Shown here: piece after piece, positions 1 through 12,300 of the stretch | Layout of the letters: each line of letters opens with the position of its first letter | Numbering within the stretch: position 1 is the stretch's first letter | Source: Squalus acanthias | Lineage: Eukaryota | Length of the DNA stretch: 64,000 bases | NCBI GenBank assembly: GCA_030390025.1 | Contig: CM059432.1 | Span: 1,860,001-1,924,000 of the forward strand | Direction of reading: 5' to 3' | Program-made: the position numbers and the translations under genes | The notes under the pieces: model-generated | The model's database searches: none | Seen by the model: only the letters and a program-made list of their open reading frames with translations | Told to the model about the DNA's origin: nothing

Positions 1-579
1 ACAGGGGGCAGGACTCCATCCCGGCTTTAGTCTGCTAATTGAAGTGGCTGCGGATCACCGTAATGAGGTGGACAGCGGAGGTGATCGAGGAGCGTCTGTG
101 GGCCGAGGGTGGGAGTTCGGAGAGGCAGGAAACAGGCCCGAGGCAGGAGACCTGAGGAAGACCTTTGGTCCGGCCTGTCTCCTCCACCTCTGACAGCGAA
201 TTCCAGAGCAGCCACAATAGTAATGCTTTCAATTTTAATGAATACAAACACGGCCTGAAAAAACCGAAGGGAAGTTTACCAGAGAGACACGCCATTAATA
301 ATTAAATGGTCTACGCCACAGGCACTGTTTGGGTTGGGAAAAGAGATTTTCTGAAGGATGTCTGATGCACTGTGACCTAGAAAGTTTGTATACACAATAT
401 CATTACGGGTAGATGGGCGAAGCGTGATGGAAGAGCGTGTGCCGAACAGCAAAAAATAAACGTCATTAATTAAAAACCCAGCCTCCTGTCAGCCACTGCA
501 GCAAATTGAAATGGTAGGAGTCTTTGAAAACCCATAAACATCTTATAAATATTAATCTGACGCTAGCAAAGAGATGGGG

Positions 580-1320
580 GCTCAACGTAAGCTCGAGGAA
601 CAGCACCACATCGTTCGATCAGGCACTTTACAGCCTTCTGGACTCAACATCGAGTTCAACAATTTCAAATCATAACCTCCGCCCCTATTTTTTCGGACGG
701 CCGCTGTTGATGATTCTGCCATTCCCATTGACATCTCCTCTAGACCCATCCTTTGTTCCTTTACTTGTCCCATTACAGGAAACTCTTGATTAACCGGGAC
801 CGGCGTGGTGCCGGTTTATCGAAAGTACCGGATAACGGAGAGTTATATCTACCGAGGCTATTTTTAACAAAGAAAAATAAATAAATCAAGTAATGTGCAG
901 TATACTTCCGACAGCGCCAGGAGGCCGAGTAGTGGCACTTTTCAAAAGTACCCCTACTGACTAAATCGCCGTTCGCGGACTCGGACTCAGGATCGGCAAC
1001 ATTGCCGGTTATTTGAGAGGAGTTTTCGGAGTACTCGGCGTTCGCGGAGACTCGACTGCGACTCGGCAACATTGCCGGTTATTTGAGAGGAGTTTTCGGA
1101 GGATGATTTTTGCCGGTTAAGCGAGAATTCCGGATATTTGGGTGCCGGATAAACTAAAGTTTCCTGTACCATCTCCTTTCGCCTTTGCACCATCATCCCT
1201 TTTGTTATTTAATCTCTCCTGCCTTCCACCCGATCACAGACCTTCCCTTTTGTTCTTTCCCTGCCCCCCGCACTTGCTTAAAAACCTGTTACGTCTCTAA
1301 CTTTTTCCAGTTCGGATGAG
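580..1320 (+). mobile_element. Penelope-like retroelement 3' fragment (GIY-YIG endonuclease C-terminus + pyrimidine-rich 3' region), interrupted by a MITE at 776-1166
   Basis: 580-675 translates AQRKLEEQHHIVRSGTLQPSGLNIEFNNFKS*, the typical GIY-YIG C-terminal E..I..LGTL.P.GLN motif of Penelope-like elements. Confidence 0.75.
776..1166. mobile_element. Non-autonomous Tc1/mariner-pogo (Tigger-like) DNA transposon
   Basis: TA|CAGGAAACTCTTGATTAACCGG ... CCGGATAAACTAAAGTTTCCTG|TA: about 22-bp imperfect TIRs, TA duplication, internal 39-bp direct repeat (993-1031, 1063-1101). Confidence 0.75.
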
Positions 1321-2010
1321 GCACTGGAGGAAGTGCAAAATAGATTTCTAAGGACGATACCAGAACTGAGAGGTTATAACTATCAGGAGAGACTGAACCT
1401 GGGATACCTGGGATGGCAGGAATGACGTATGAGAGAGATTGGGTCGATTGAGCTTATACTCGCTGGAGTTTAGAAGAATGAGAGGGGGTCTCATTGAAAC
1501 TTATAAAATTCTAACAGGACTGGACAGACTAGATGCAGGAAGGATGTTCCGGAGTCCAGAACCAGGGGTCACAGTCTAAGGATAAAGGGTAAGCCATTTA
1601 GGACTGAGATGAGGAGGAATTTCTTCACCCAGAGAGTGGTGAACCTGTGGAATTCTCTACCACAGAAGGCAGTAGAGGCCAAATCATTAAATATATTCAA
1701 GAAGGAGTTGGATATATTTCTTAAGGCTAAAGGGATCAAGGGATATGGGGAGAAAGCAGGGACAGGGTACTGAATTTGGATGATCAGCCATGATCTCATT
1801 AAATGGCGGAGCAGGCTAGAGGGGCCGAATGGCCTACTCCTGCTCCTATCTTCTATGTTAACAGGCTTTGGGGCTCTTTTCTCTAGAAAAGTGAAGACTG
1901 AGGGGTGACCTGATAGAGGTCTTTGAAATTATGAACGTATTTGATAGGGTAGACGTGGAGAAGATGTTTCCACTTGTGGACGAGACCAAAACTAAGGGCC
2001 ATCAATATAA
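1320..2010 (+). mobile_element. CR1 LINE 3' fragment with a second CR1 3' end nested at about 1400-1859
   Basis: RT C-terminal motifs (LRGDLIEV, MRRNFFTQRVVNLWNSLP) and a 3' tail ending ctcctatcttctatg. Confidence 0.8.
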
Positions 2011-2016
2011 AGAAAA

Positions 2017-2118
2017 TGTTCTGACGAAAGGTCATCGACCTGAAACGTTAACTCTGTTTCTCTCTCCACAGATGCTGCCCGACCTGCTGAGTATTTCCAG
2101 CATTTTCTGTTTTTATTA
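2017..2118 (+). ncRNA. Minimal type-I hammerhead ribozyme motif in a Penelope-like terminal repeat fragment
   Basis: GTT-CTGACGA-A-AGGTC(atc)GACCT-GAAA-CGTT-AAC: conserved CUGANGA/GAAA core, 5-bp stem II, palindromic AACGTT stem III, GTT/AAC stem I. Confidence 0.65.
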
Positions 2119-2154
2119 GAAGAGGTGGAGGGTGCTTCACTGATGACGGCGAGT

Positions 2155-2552
2155 TAGGGTTTCCAACCCTCCAGCATTGCCCGGGAGTCTCCGGGAATTG
2201 AAGACTAATCTCCAGGACACGGCCGCCGGCAAAAAACCCGGGAGAGAAACCGTCGGGGGGAATTTTTTTTTAAAAAAGGTGCGTTTTCTACATTTTCTTT
2301 GAACACTTCCGTTTGTTACTTATAAAAAATATTGGAAATGGGTAAAAAGAAAGGCCGCTTGACTGAGAGTGAAGAATCATCCGATTGGGTAATGGAGAGT
2401 CTGTTTGATTTCCGATTGGCCGTGGGAAGGAGGGGGCGCCGCGCCGACGGACGTGTTGGGCGGCCAATGGCGGGAGTGTGTGTGGGGGGGGGGTGGGTCA
2501 GAGGTCATGTGACGGCACCTCCAGGAATACGTCCAACCGGAGTCGGCGACTC
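2155..2552. mobile_element. hAT-like MITE (TAGGGTTGCCA-type termini), degenerate
   Basis: Starts TAGGGTTTCCAAC, ends with degenerate GTCGGCGACTC; related in reverse orientation to 19161-19497. Confidence 0.5.
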
Positions 2553-2764
2553 GCTCTTTGACGAGTGTAAAAAGGTCCATCGTCACAGGCGTGAGCGGCG
2601 GCGGTCATTTTGCGGCGGAATGTTAGAACTCCTGGCGATCGCTCGTCAGTGTGAACACATTCAACCTGCTCGCTGGATTCATGATGCTTTTTTTTTCTGT
2701 CTGGAGCTTCCTGCACTGCTGCAGAAAATTCAGCATTCCTTCGAGTTACATCGAGCATGCAGCG

Positions 2765-3262
2765 CAGGAACAGGCCATTCGGCCCAACTGCTCCGTGCCG
2801 CTGTTTCTGCTCCACACCAGCCTCCTCCCACCCCTCTTCATCTCACCCTATCACCATATCCTTCGATTCCTTTCTCCCTCATGTGTTTATCCAGCTTCCC
2901 CTTAAATGTATCTATACTATTCGCCTCAACCACTCCCTGTGGTAGCGAGTTCCACATTCTCACCACTCTCTGGGTAAAGAAGTTTCTCCTGAATTCCCCA
3001 TTGGATTTATTAGTGACTAGTCTTATATTGATGGCCCCTAGTTCTGGTCTCACCCACAAGTGGAAACATCTTCTCTACATCTACCCTATTAAACCCTTTC
3101 ATAATTTTAAAGACCTCTATCAGGTCACCTTCTCTTCTCTTTTCTAGAGAAAAGAGCCCCAGCCTGTGCAGTCTTTCCTGATAGGTATAACCTCTCAGTT
3201 CTGGTATCATCCTTGTAAATCCTATTTGTACCTTCTCCAGTGCCTCTATGTCCTTTATAATG
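2765..3262 (-). mobile_element. CR1 LINE 3' fragment
   Basis: ORFs 3010-3330 and 2838-3059 contain ERLHRLGLFSLEKRR and RRNFFTQRVVRMWNSLP. Confidence 0.85.
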
Positions 3263-3267
3263 TTGTA

Positions 3268-4085
3268 ATAGAAACACAGAAAAATAGGAGCAGGAGTCGG
3301 CCATTCGGCCCTTCGAGCCTGCTCCGCCATTCAATATGATCATGGCTGATCCTCCATCTCAATACCATATTCCCGCTCTCTCCCCATACCCCTTGATGCC
3401 TTTTGTGTCTAGAAATCTATCTATCTCCTTCTTAAATATATTCAGTGACTTGGCCTCCACAGCCTTCTGTGGTAGAGAATTCCACAGGTTCACCACCCTC
3501 TGAGTGAAGACATTTCTCCTCATCTCAGTCCTAAATGTCCTACCCTGTATCCTGAGACTGTGATCCCTCGTTCTAGAGCCCCCAGCCAGGGGAAGCATCC
3601 TCCCTGCATCCAGTCGGTCTAGCCCAGTCAGAATTTTATATGTTTCAATGAGATCCCCTCTCATTCTTCTAAACTCGACCCAATCTCTCCTCATAAGACA
3701 GTCCTGCCATCCCAGGAATCAGTCTGGTGAACCTTCGTTGCACTCCCTCTATGGCAAGTAGATCCTTTCTTAGGTAAGGAGACCAAAACTGCACACAGTA
3801 CTCCAGGTGTGGTCTCACCAGGGCCCTGTATAACTGTAGTAAGACATCCTTGCTCCTGTACTCAAATCCTCTTGCAATGAAGGCCAACATACCATTTGCC
3901 TTCCTAACTGCTTGCTGCACCTGCATGTTTGCTTTCAGTGACTGGTGCACAAGGACACCCATAGTGCACAATATGTAGACATAAGAACATAAGAACATAA
4001 GAAATAGGAGCAGGAGTAGGCCAATCGGCCCCTCGAGCCTGCTCCGCCATTCAATAAGATCATGGCTGATCTGATCCTAACCGCC
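3268..4085 (-). mobile_element. CR1 LINE 3' fragments (3268-3960, plus a short tail fragment 3980-4085)
   Basis: ORFs 3669-3998 and 3359-3694 (KANGMLAFIARG, LVRPHLEYCVQFWSP); (ATAAGAAC)n tail repeat. Confidence 0.85.
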
Positions 4086-4140
4086 AATCTACTATCTATC
4101 ACAGAACCATCTCCTGCATCTAACAGAATTGCACACACAA

Positions 4141-6075
4141 AATAGGAGCAGAATCAGGCTACACAGTCCCTGGGCCCGCTCCACTACCCACAGGGCCATG
4201 ACCGATCCGAACCTAGACTCATGTCCAAATTCCTGCCCGCTCCCCGTAACCCTTAATGCCCTTTACTTCTAGGAAACTGTCTATTTCTGTTTTAAATTTA
4301 ATTAATGTTGTAGCTTCTACAGCTTTTTGTGGCAGCATATTCCATGGACCTACCACCCTCTGAGTGAAGTAGTTCCTCCTCATCTCAGTTTTGAAAGAGC
4401 AGCCCCTTATTCTAAGACTATGTCCCCTAGTTCTCGTCTCACCCGTCATCGGGAACATCCTCCCCGCATCCACCCGATCCAACCCCTTCACAATCTTATA
4501 TGTTTCAATAAGATCGCCTCTCATTCTTCTGAACTCCAATGAGTAGAGTCCCAATCTACCCAACCTCTCCTCATATGACCACCCCCTCATCCCCGGGATT
4601 AACCGAGTGAACCTTTTTGCACTGCCTCGAGAGCAAGGATGTCTTTCCTTAAGTAAGGACACCAAAACTGTATGCAGTATTCCAGGTGCGGTCTCACCAA
4701 TACCTTGTACAACTGAAGCAATACCTCCCTATTTTTATATTCTATCCCCCTAGCAATGAAAGCCAACATTCCATTTGCCTTCTTAATCACTTGCTGCACC
4801 TGCATACTAACCTTTTGAGTTTCGTGCACCAGGACCCCCAGATCCCTTTGCACTTCAGTACTCTCCAGTTTCTTGCCATTAAGATAATAAATTGCTCTAG
4901 GATTTTTCCTGCCAAAGTGCATCACCTCACACTTTCCAGTGTTGTATTCCATCTGCCAAATCTCTGCCCACTTACTTAGCCTGTCTATGTCCCCTTGCAG
5001 GTTTTTTATGTCCTCCTCACTCACTACTTTCCCTCCCATCTTAGTATCATCTGCAAATTTTGATATGTTACACTTGGTCCCTTCCTCCAAATCGTTAATA
5101 TAGATTGTAAAGAGTTGGGGACCCAGCACTGACCCCTGTGGAACACCACTAGTTACTGATTGCCAGTCTGAGAATGAACCATTTATCCCAACTCTTTGCT
5201 TTCTGTTAGATAGCCAATCCTCTATCCATGCCAGAATATTACCCCCAATCCCGTGATTTTTTACCTTAAGCAATAATCTTTTGTGTGGCACCTTGTCAAA
5301 TGCCTTTTGGAAGTCTAAATACACTACGTCCACTGGTTCCCCTTTATCCACTCTATATGTTACTTCCTCAAAGAACTCCAGCAAATTTGTCAAACATGAC
5401 TTCCCCTTCGTAAAACCATGCTGACTTTGTCCTATTAAATTATGATTATCCAAATGTCCTGTTACTGTTTCCTTAATAATGGACTCCAAAATTTTACCTA
5501 CCACAGATGTTAGGCTAACCGGTCTATAGTTACCAGCCTTCTGTCTACTGCCCTTTTTAAATAAGGGTGTTACATTAGCAGTTTTCCAGTCTGCCGGGAC
5601 CTTAGCGGAATCCAGGGAGTTTTGAAAAATTATTACCAATGCATCTACAATCCCTACCGCCACTTCCTTCAAGACTCTAGGATGTAAGCCATCAGGTCCA
5701 GGTGATTTATCCGCCTTGAGTCCCATTATTTTACCGAGTACCACTTCCTTAGTGATTTTGATCGTGTTTAGCTCCTCTCCCCCTATAGCCCCCTGTTTGT
5801 CCAGTGTTGGGATATTCTTAGTGTCTTCTACTGTAAAGACTGATACAAAATATTCATTCAGTGTTTTTGCCATCTCCATATTTCCCACCATTAATTTCCC
5901 GGTCTCATCCTCTAAGGGACCAACATTTACTTTAGCCACCCTTTTTCTTTTTATATAACTATAAAAACTCTTACTATCTGTTTTTATATTTTTTGCTAAT
6001 TTACTTTCATAATCTATCTTCCCTTTCTTAATCAATCTTTTTGTTATTTTTTGCTGCCTTTTAAAGTTTTCTTGC
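4141..6075 (-). mobile_element. CR1 LINE, 5'-truncated, with a long ORF2 reverse transcriptase region
   Basis: ORF 4599-6140: PGPDGLHPR, NYRPVSLTS, YLDFQKAFDKVPH, GVPQGSVLGP, FADD; frameshifted continuation 4219-4665. Confidence 0.95.
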
Positions 6076-6261
6076 CAAATTTTTTGCCCCAAGTTTCCTG
6101 TGCTTTTCTCGTGCCCTCTGCTTGCTGGTGTGAGTTCCACAGGCTCAGGAAGCCATGTGCTGTCTCACTCGGGTGCCTATTCTTCATGCGCGAATGTATG
6201 GGGTGTGGGCTATTTGACTGCAGAGGGCCTCGCAGCCAAGAGCCCAATCCTGTCTTCACCC

Positions 6262-6892
6262 CTTGGCTTTATAAATAGAGGCATAGAGTAACCAAAGCAA
6301 GGAAGTTATGCTAAACCTTTGCAAATCTCTGGTTAGGCCCCAGCTGGAGTATTGTGTCCAATCCTGGGCACCGCACTTTAGTAAGGATGTCAGGGCTCCG
6401 GAGAGGGTGCAGAGGAGATTTACCAGAATGGTTCCAGGGATGAGGGACTTCAGTTATGTGGAGAGACTGAAGAAGCTGGGGTTGTTCTCCTTAGAGCAGA
6501 GAAGGTTAAGGGAAGATTTAATAGAGGTGTTCATAATTATGAAGGATTTTTGATAGAGTAGAGAGAGAGAAACTGTTTCCACTGGCAGGAGGGTCGGTAA
6601 CCAGAGGACACAGATTTAAGGTAATTGGCAAAAGAACCAGAGGGAGGAGATGAGGAGAAATATTTTTACACAGCGAGTTGTTGTGATCTGGAACGCGCTG
6701 CCTGAAAGGGCGGTGGAAGCAGATTCAATAGTAACTTTCAAAAGGGAATTGGATAAATACTTGAAACGGAAAACATTTGCAGGGCTGTGGGGAAAGAGCA
6801 GGGGGGAGTGGGACTAATTGGAGAGCTCGTTCAAAGAGCCGGCACAGGCACGATGGGCCGAATGGCCTCCTCCTGGGCTGTGCGATTCTATG
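6262..6892 (+). mobile_element. CR1 LINE 3' fragment
   Basis: ORF 6308-6553 LVRPQLEYCVQ...LEQRRLREDLIEVF; 3' tail gattctatg. Confidence 0.85.
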
Positions 6893-7111
6893 AAGCAGTG
6901 AATGGACAATGATCAATAGCAAAATACCCGGGTGTTTATTCTCCTCTCCTGAGCCCTGGGGCAGGAGAGGCTAAATTGCAGCTCTTCTCCAGCAGAGACG
7001 AGCTAACTCGGGGAGAGACGGGCGAGAGTGAGCACGTGGTGTAGTGCAGTCACCGATAAAGCTGCGAGGGGAGTCGGGGCTGGGAAATTCCCAACTGTGC
7101 ATAACAAGTCT

Positions 7112-7555
7112 TAGAATCATAGAAAGTTACAGCACAGAAGGAGGCCATTTGGCCCATCGTGTCTGTAACCGGCCGACAAAGAGCTCTCCAGCCTAATCCC
7201 ACTTTCCAGCTCTTGGTCCGTAGCCCTGCAGGTTACGGCACTTCAAGTGCACATCGAAGCACTTTTTAAATGCAATGAGGGTTTCTGCCTCTCCCACCCT
7301 TTCAGGCAGTGAGTTCCAGACCCCCACCACCCTCTGGGTGAAAAAATTTCTCCTCAACTCCCCTCTAAACCTTCTACCAATTACTTTAAATCTCTGCCCC
7401 CTGGTTATTGACCTCTCTGCTAAGGGAAATAGGTCCTTCCTATCCACTCTATCTAGGCCCCTCATAATTTTACACACCTCAATTAAATCTCCCCTCAGCC
7501 TCCTCTGTTCCAAAGGAAACAACCCCAGCCTATCCAATCTGTCCTCAGAGCTAAA
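7112..7555 (-). mobile_element. CR1 LINE 3' fragment
   Basis: ORF 7193-7600 LEQRRLRGDLIEV...RRNFFTQRVVGVWNSLP. Confidence 0.85.
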
Positions 7556-8092
7556 AAATAAACCGCAGGGACTGGAGAAAAGCATCCGAGTCAGCGTCAA
7601 CCCGCAGTATGTACGACAACAGCCTGCTGGACGTACAAGAGAGAAAAAAAAAGAGAATCTTTTTTTTTTGGAAAGCTAGAAGGTGCGAAGGCTGTGAGAC
7701 TCATTAATTCCCCTTCCAGGTTTTTTTTTGGCATCAAATTCTCGAGCTTTTCCCAACTTCGGGGTATAGCCACACCTCACATTCCCCCGGCTTCCGCTGC
7801 CAGAACCTGTTGTTGCCATCGGCGATATCTCAACCAAAGATAATTCCTTTGGCACTTTTAAATCTGTGTGTGCAACATCTGTAAAGGGAAGCTTGCTAAC
7901 TTCTCAAGCTGCTCTCAAGAGAAGTAGTGAGGGAGTTGAACAAATGGCAGCGCTAACGAGGGAAGAACGCCAGTCGGGTGCGTCAGCAAATCGTCGCAAG
8001 ATTTTTCATCTTCTAATAATGATGGGCCTCATTCCTTGTCTTTAATTCTGTGGTAGGAGCATCTTTCAACAACAACAACTTGCATTTATATC

Positions 8093-8880
8093 AAAGAAAG
8101 ACTTGTATTTCTACAGCGCCTTCCACGACCACCGGACGTCCCAAAGCGCTTTACAGCCAGTGAAGTACTTTTTGAGGTGTAGTCACTGTCGTAATTGAAA
8201 CATACAAAATTCTTACAGGGCTTGACAGGGTAGATGCAGGGAGGATGTTTCCCTTGGCTGGGGAGTCTAGAACCAGGGTTCACAGTCTCAGAATAAAGGG
8301 TCGGCCCTTTAGGACTGAGATGAGGAGAAATTTCTTCACTCAGAGGGCTGCAGAGGCTCAGTCGTTGAGATTCAAGACAGAGATCGATAGATTTTTGGAT
8401 ATTAAGGGAACCAGGGGATATGGGGATCGGGCAGAGAAGTGGAGTTGAGGTAGGAGATCAGGTTGGAATGGTGGAGCAGGTTCGAGGGGCCGAATGGCCT
8501 ATTCCTGCTCCTATTTCTTATGTTCTCATGTAATGTAGGAAACACGGCGACCCACAAACAGCAATGTACTAATGAGCAGATAGTCTGTTTTTAGTGATGT
8601 TGATTGAGGGATAAATATTGACCCAGGGCACCAGGAAAAACTCCCCTGCTCTTCTTCGAAATAGTGGCCATGAGATTGTTTACGTCCACCTGAGAGAGCA
8701 GGCGGGGCCTCGGTTTAACGTCTCATCCGAAAGACGGCCCCGCCGACAGTGCAGCACTCCCTCAGTACTGCACTGGAGTGTCAGCCTAGATTTTTGTGCT
8801 CAAGTCTCTGGAGTGGGACTCGAACCCACAATCTTCTCATGCAGAGGCGAGAGTGCTGCCCACTGAGCCACGGCCGACAC
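8093..8880 (-). mobile_element. DeuSINE (SacSINE1/AmnSINE1-like) copy interrupted by a + strand CR1 3' end (about 8196-8530)
   Basis: tRNA-like head (gtggctcagtgg...gggttcgagtccc), Deu-domain (ctttcggatgagacgttaaaccgaggcc), L2-like tail. Confidence 0.8.
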
Positions 8881-8881
8881 T

Positions 8882-9215
8882 TAGCGCCTTTAATGTAGTA
8901 AAACGTCCCAAGGGCACTTCACGGGAGCGATTATCAAATAAAATTTGACACCGAGCCACATAAAGAGATATTAGGACAGGTGACCAAAAGTTCGGTCAAA
9001 GAGGTAGGTTTTAAGGAGCGTCTTAAAGGAGGAAAGAGAGGTAGAGAGGCGGAGAGGTTTAGGGAGGGAATTCCAGAGCTTGGGGCCTCGGCAGCTGAAG
9101 GCACGGCCGCCAATGGTGGAGCGATGGAAATCGGGGATGCTCAAGAGGCCAGAATTGGAGGAGCGCAGATATCTCAAGAGGGTTGTCGGGCTGGAGGAGG
9201 TTACAGAGATAGGGA
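8882..9215 (-). mobile_element. L2 LINE 3' fragment
   Basis: ORF 8971-9246 LRSSNSGLL...GGRAFS...PKLWNSLP...SFKTLLKTYLF. Confidence 0.8.
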
Positions 9216-9349
9216 TTTCATTCAAATCAACTCTACCCTGTGGCAATTTTTACACCTTTTTGTCACATCACACAAAGACAAGCTATCTTCTTTTCCTAAT
9301 CCTGTTTTTGTGAGAAAGAGCTTCCGTACATTCAGGTCAGTTTCCGCGA

Positions 9350-12300
9350 ACAATATGTCATGGAACCAACCAGGGAACAGGCTATTTTAGATCTTGTATT
9401 GTGTAATAAGACAGGGTTAATTAGCAATCTCATAGTAAAGGATCCTCTGGGGCAGAGTGATCATAATATGATAGAATTTTACATTAGTTTTGAGAGTGAC
9501 TTGCCTAAGTCAGAAACTAGAGTCTTAGGGGAAAAAAATTCGGTTGATTAGCGCTTCCTGTTAGCGCCCTAAGAGGGCACTAACGGGGCGCAAAGCAACT
9601 AGCGCGCTGTGTGCGGCGATGTTTGCTCCGCTTGCGAAATTGACCAGACATTTTACGGCGGCGCTATCCACTACCGCCACGATCTCCTGCGCCCGCAGAT
9701 TGTGACGTCAGTCGAGCGTGCAATGCCCCGGTAGCGGCCTGGACCGGATGTTGAGTGGCGCCCCCTGCCTTTCTGCCTGCCGCTAGCAATGACAGGTAGA
9801 GGGGAACGTTTTGCAGTCGGGAAGGGACTGGGGAAGTGCTATTTAAAGGCGGCCGCTTCCTGCCTTTTTTTGTCGGTGACATTTTTGCACCACGCATTCT
9901 GAGAGAGAGAGACTTCTGGAGAGATTCAACGCTGTGTGAAGGAGTTTTGGGTACTGAGCAGCACTTTGCAGGTTCATTTTGATTTGACTTTTCTTGCATC
10001 GATTTAGAAGAGACTATGGGGGCTGCACTCTGAGCTCTTTCCCTGTTTCTCTCCATTGTTCTTTCCAGCAGAATTGATGTACAGGTCTCTCCAGGCTGAG
10101 ATTCAAGGCTGCAATGAGTAGGATGTGGATGGAGAGCAAGATCGACCCTCCCCTTTAAGAACTGGCCGGCGCCAGTGTGTCTGTGTTCCATTGCTGACTG
10201 ACATCACATGAGCTTCGCCAGCGCTCTGAGGTAGCACCTCGCTCCTCAGCGTCAGCGCCTTAAGAGAGGTGTGTAGCGCCTGATTTAGCGCTCCAATCAC
10301 CTCCAGGGGCGATAGAAGCCAAGTTTGCAGTCGGAGGCGATAATTAGCGCCAGGCGCTAAACTTTGTGCCCGGCCGATAATTGCGCCCCAAACGGGGCGA
10401 TACCGAATTTCTTCCCCTTAAACTTAAATAAAGCCAATTACATAGGTATGAGGGGCGAGTTGGCTAAGGTAGATTGGAAAAATAGATTAAAAGGTATGGC
10501 GGTAGATAAGCAGTGGCTAGCATTTAAAGAAATATTTCAATAATTCTCAACAAAAATACATTCCATTGAGAAACAAAAACTCCCCAGGAAAAGTGATCCA
10601 ACCGTGGCTAACTAAAGAAGTTAAGGATAGCATTAGATTTAAAGAAGATGCTTATAATGTTGCAAAGAATAATAGTAAGCCTGAGGATTGGGAGAGTTTC
10701 AGAAACCAGCAAAGGTTGAGCAAAAATTGATAAAAAGGGAAAAAATAGAATGAGGGAAAACTAGCAGGAAATATAAAAGCAGATTGTAAGAGTTTCTACA
10801 AGTATGTAAAAAGGAAAAGAGTAGCAAAAGTAAACGTTGGTCCCTTAGAGGCTGAGACAGGAGAAATTGTTATGGGGAATAAGGAAATGGCAGAAATGTT
10901 AAACAAATATTTTGTACCTGTCTTCACAGTAGAAGACACAAAAAGCATACCAAAAATGATGGGGAACCAAGGGACTAATGAGGGTGAGGAACTTAACGTA
11001 ATTAATATAAGTAGAGAAAAAGTACTAGAGAAACTAATGGGACTAAAAGCCAACAAATCCCCTGGACCTGACGGCCTACATCCTAGGGTTCTAAAAGAGG
11101 TGGCTGAAGAGATAGTGGATGCATTGGTTTTGATCTTCCAAAATTCCCTAGATTCTAGAATGGTTCCAGCGGATTGGAAGGTCGGAAATGTAACACCACT
11201 ATTCAAGAAAGGAGGGAGAGAGAAAACAGGGAACTACAGGCCAGTTAGCCTGACATCAGTCGTCGAGAAAATGCTGGAATCCATTGTTAAGGAAGTGGTA
11301 TCAGGGCACTTAGAAAATCATTACATGATTAGGCAGAGTCAACATGGTTTTATGAAAGGGAAATCGTGTTTGACAAATTTATTAGAGTTTTTTGAGGATG
11401 TAACTAGCAGGGTAGATAAAGGGGAACCAGTCGATGTAATATATTTGGATTTCCAAAAGGCATTCCATAAGGTGCCACATAAAAGATTATTACACAAGAT
11501 TAGGGCTCATGGGGTTGGGGGTAATATAGTAGCATGGATAGAGGATTGGTTAACGGACAGAAAACAGAGAGTAGGGATAAACGGGTCTTTTTCAGGTTGG
11601 CAGGCTGTAACTAGTGGGGTGCTGCAAGGATCAGTGTTGGGGCCTCAGCTATTTACAATCTATATTAATGACCTAGATGAAGGGACCGAGTGTAATGTAT
11701 CCAAGTTTGCTGACGATACAAAGCTAGGTGGGACAGGAAGCTGTGAGAAGAACACAAAGAGTCAGCAAAGGGATATAGATAGACTGAGTGAGTGGGCAGT
11801 AAGGTGGCAGATGGAGTATAATGTAGGGAAATGTGAGGTTATTCATTTTGGTAGGAAGAATAGAAAAACAGAATATTTTTTAAATGGTGAGAAACTTTCA
11901 AATGTTGGTGTTCAGAGAGATTTGGGTGTCCGCGTGCAAGAAACACAGAAAGCTAGCATGCAGGTACAGCAAGCAATAAGGAAGGCAAATGGCATGTTGG
12001 CCTTTATTGCAAGGGGGTTGGAGTATAAGAGTAAAGAAGTCTTGCTACAATTGTACAGGGCCTTGGTGAGACCACACCTGGAGTACTGCGCACAGTTCTG
12101 GTTTCCTTATCTAAGGAAAGATATACTTGCCTTGGAGGCGGTGCAACGAAGGTTCACTAGATTGATTCCTGGGATGAGAGGGCTGTCCTATGATGAGAGA
12201 TTGTGTAGAATGGGCCTATACTCTCTGGAGTTTAGAAGAATGAGAGATGATCTCATTGAAACATACAAGATTTTGAAGGGGATTGACGGGGCAGATGCTG

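Noticed and set aside
2332..3147. 271-aa ORF
   Set aside because: Chance read-through across a hAT-like MITE, unique DNA and antisense CR1.
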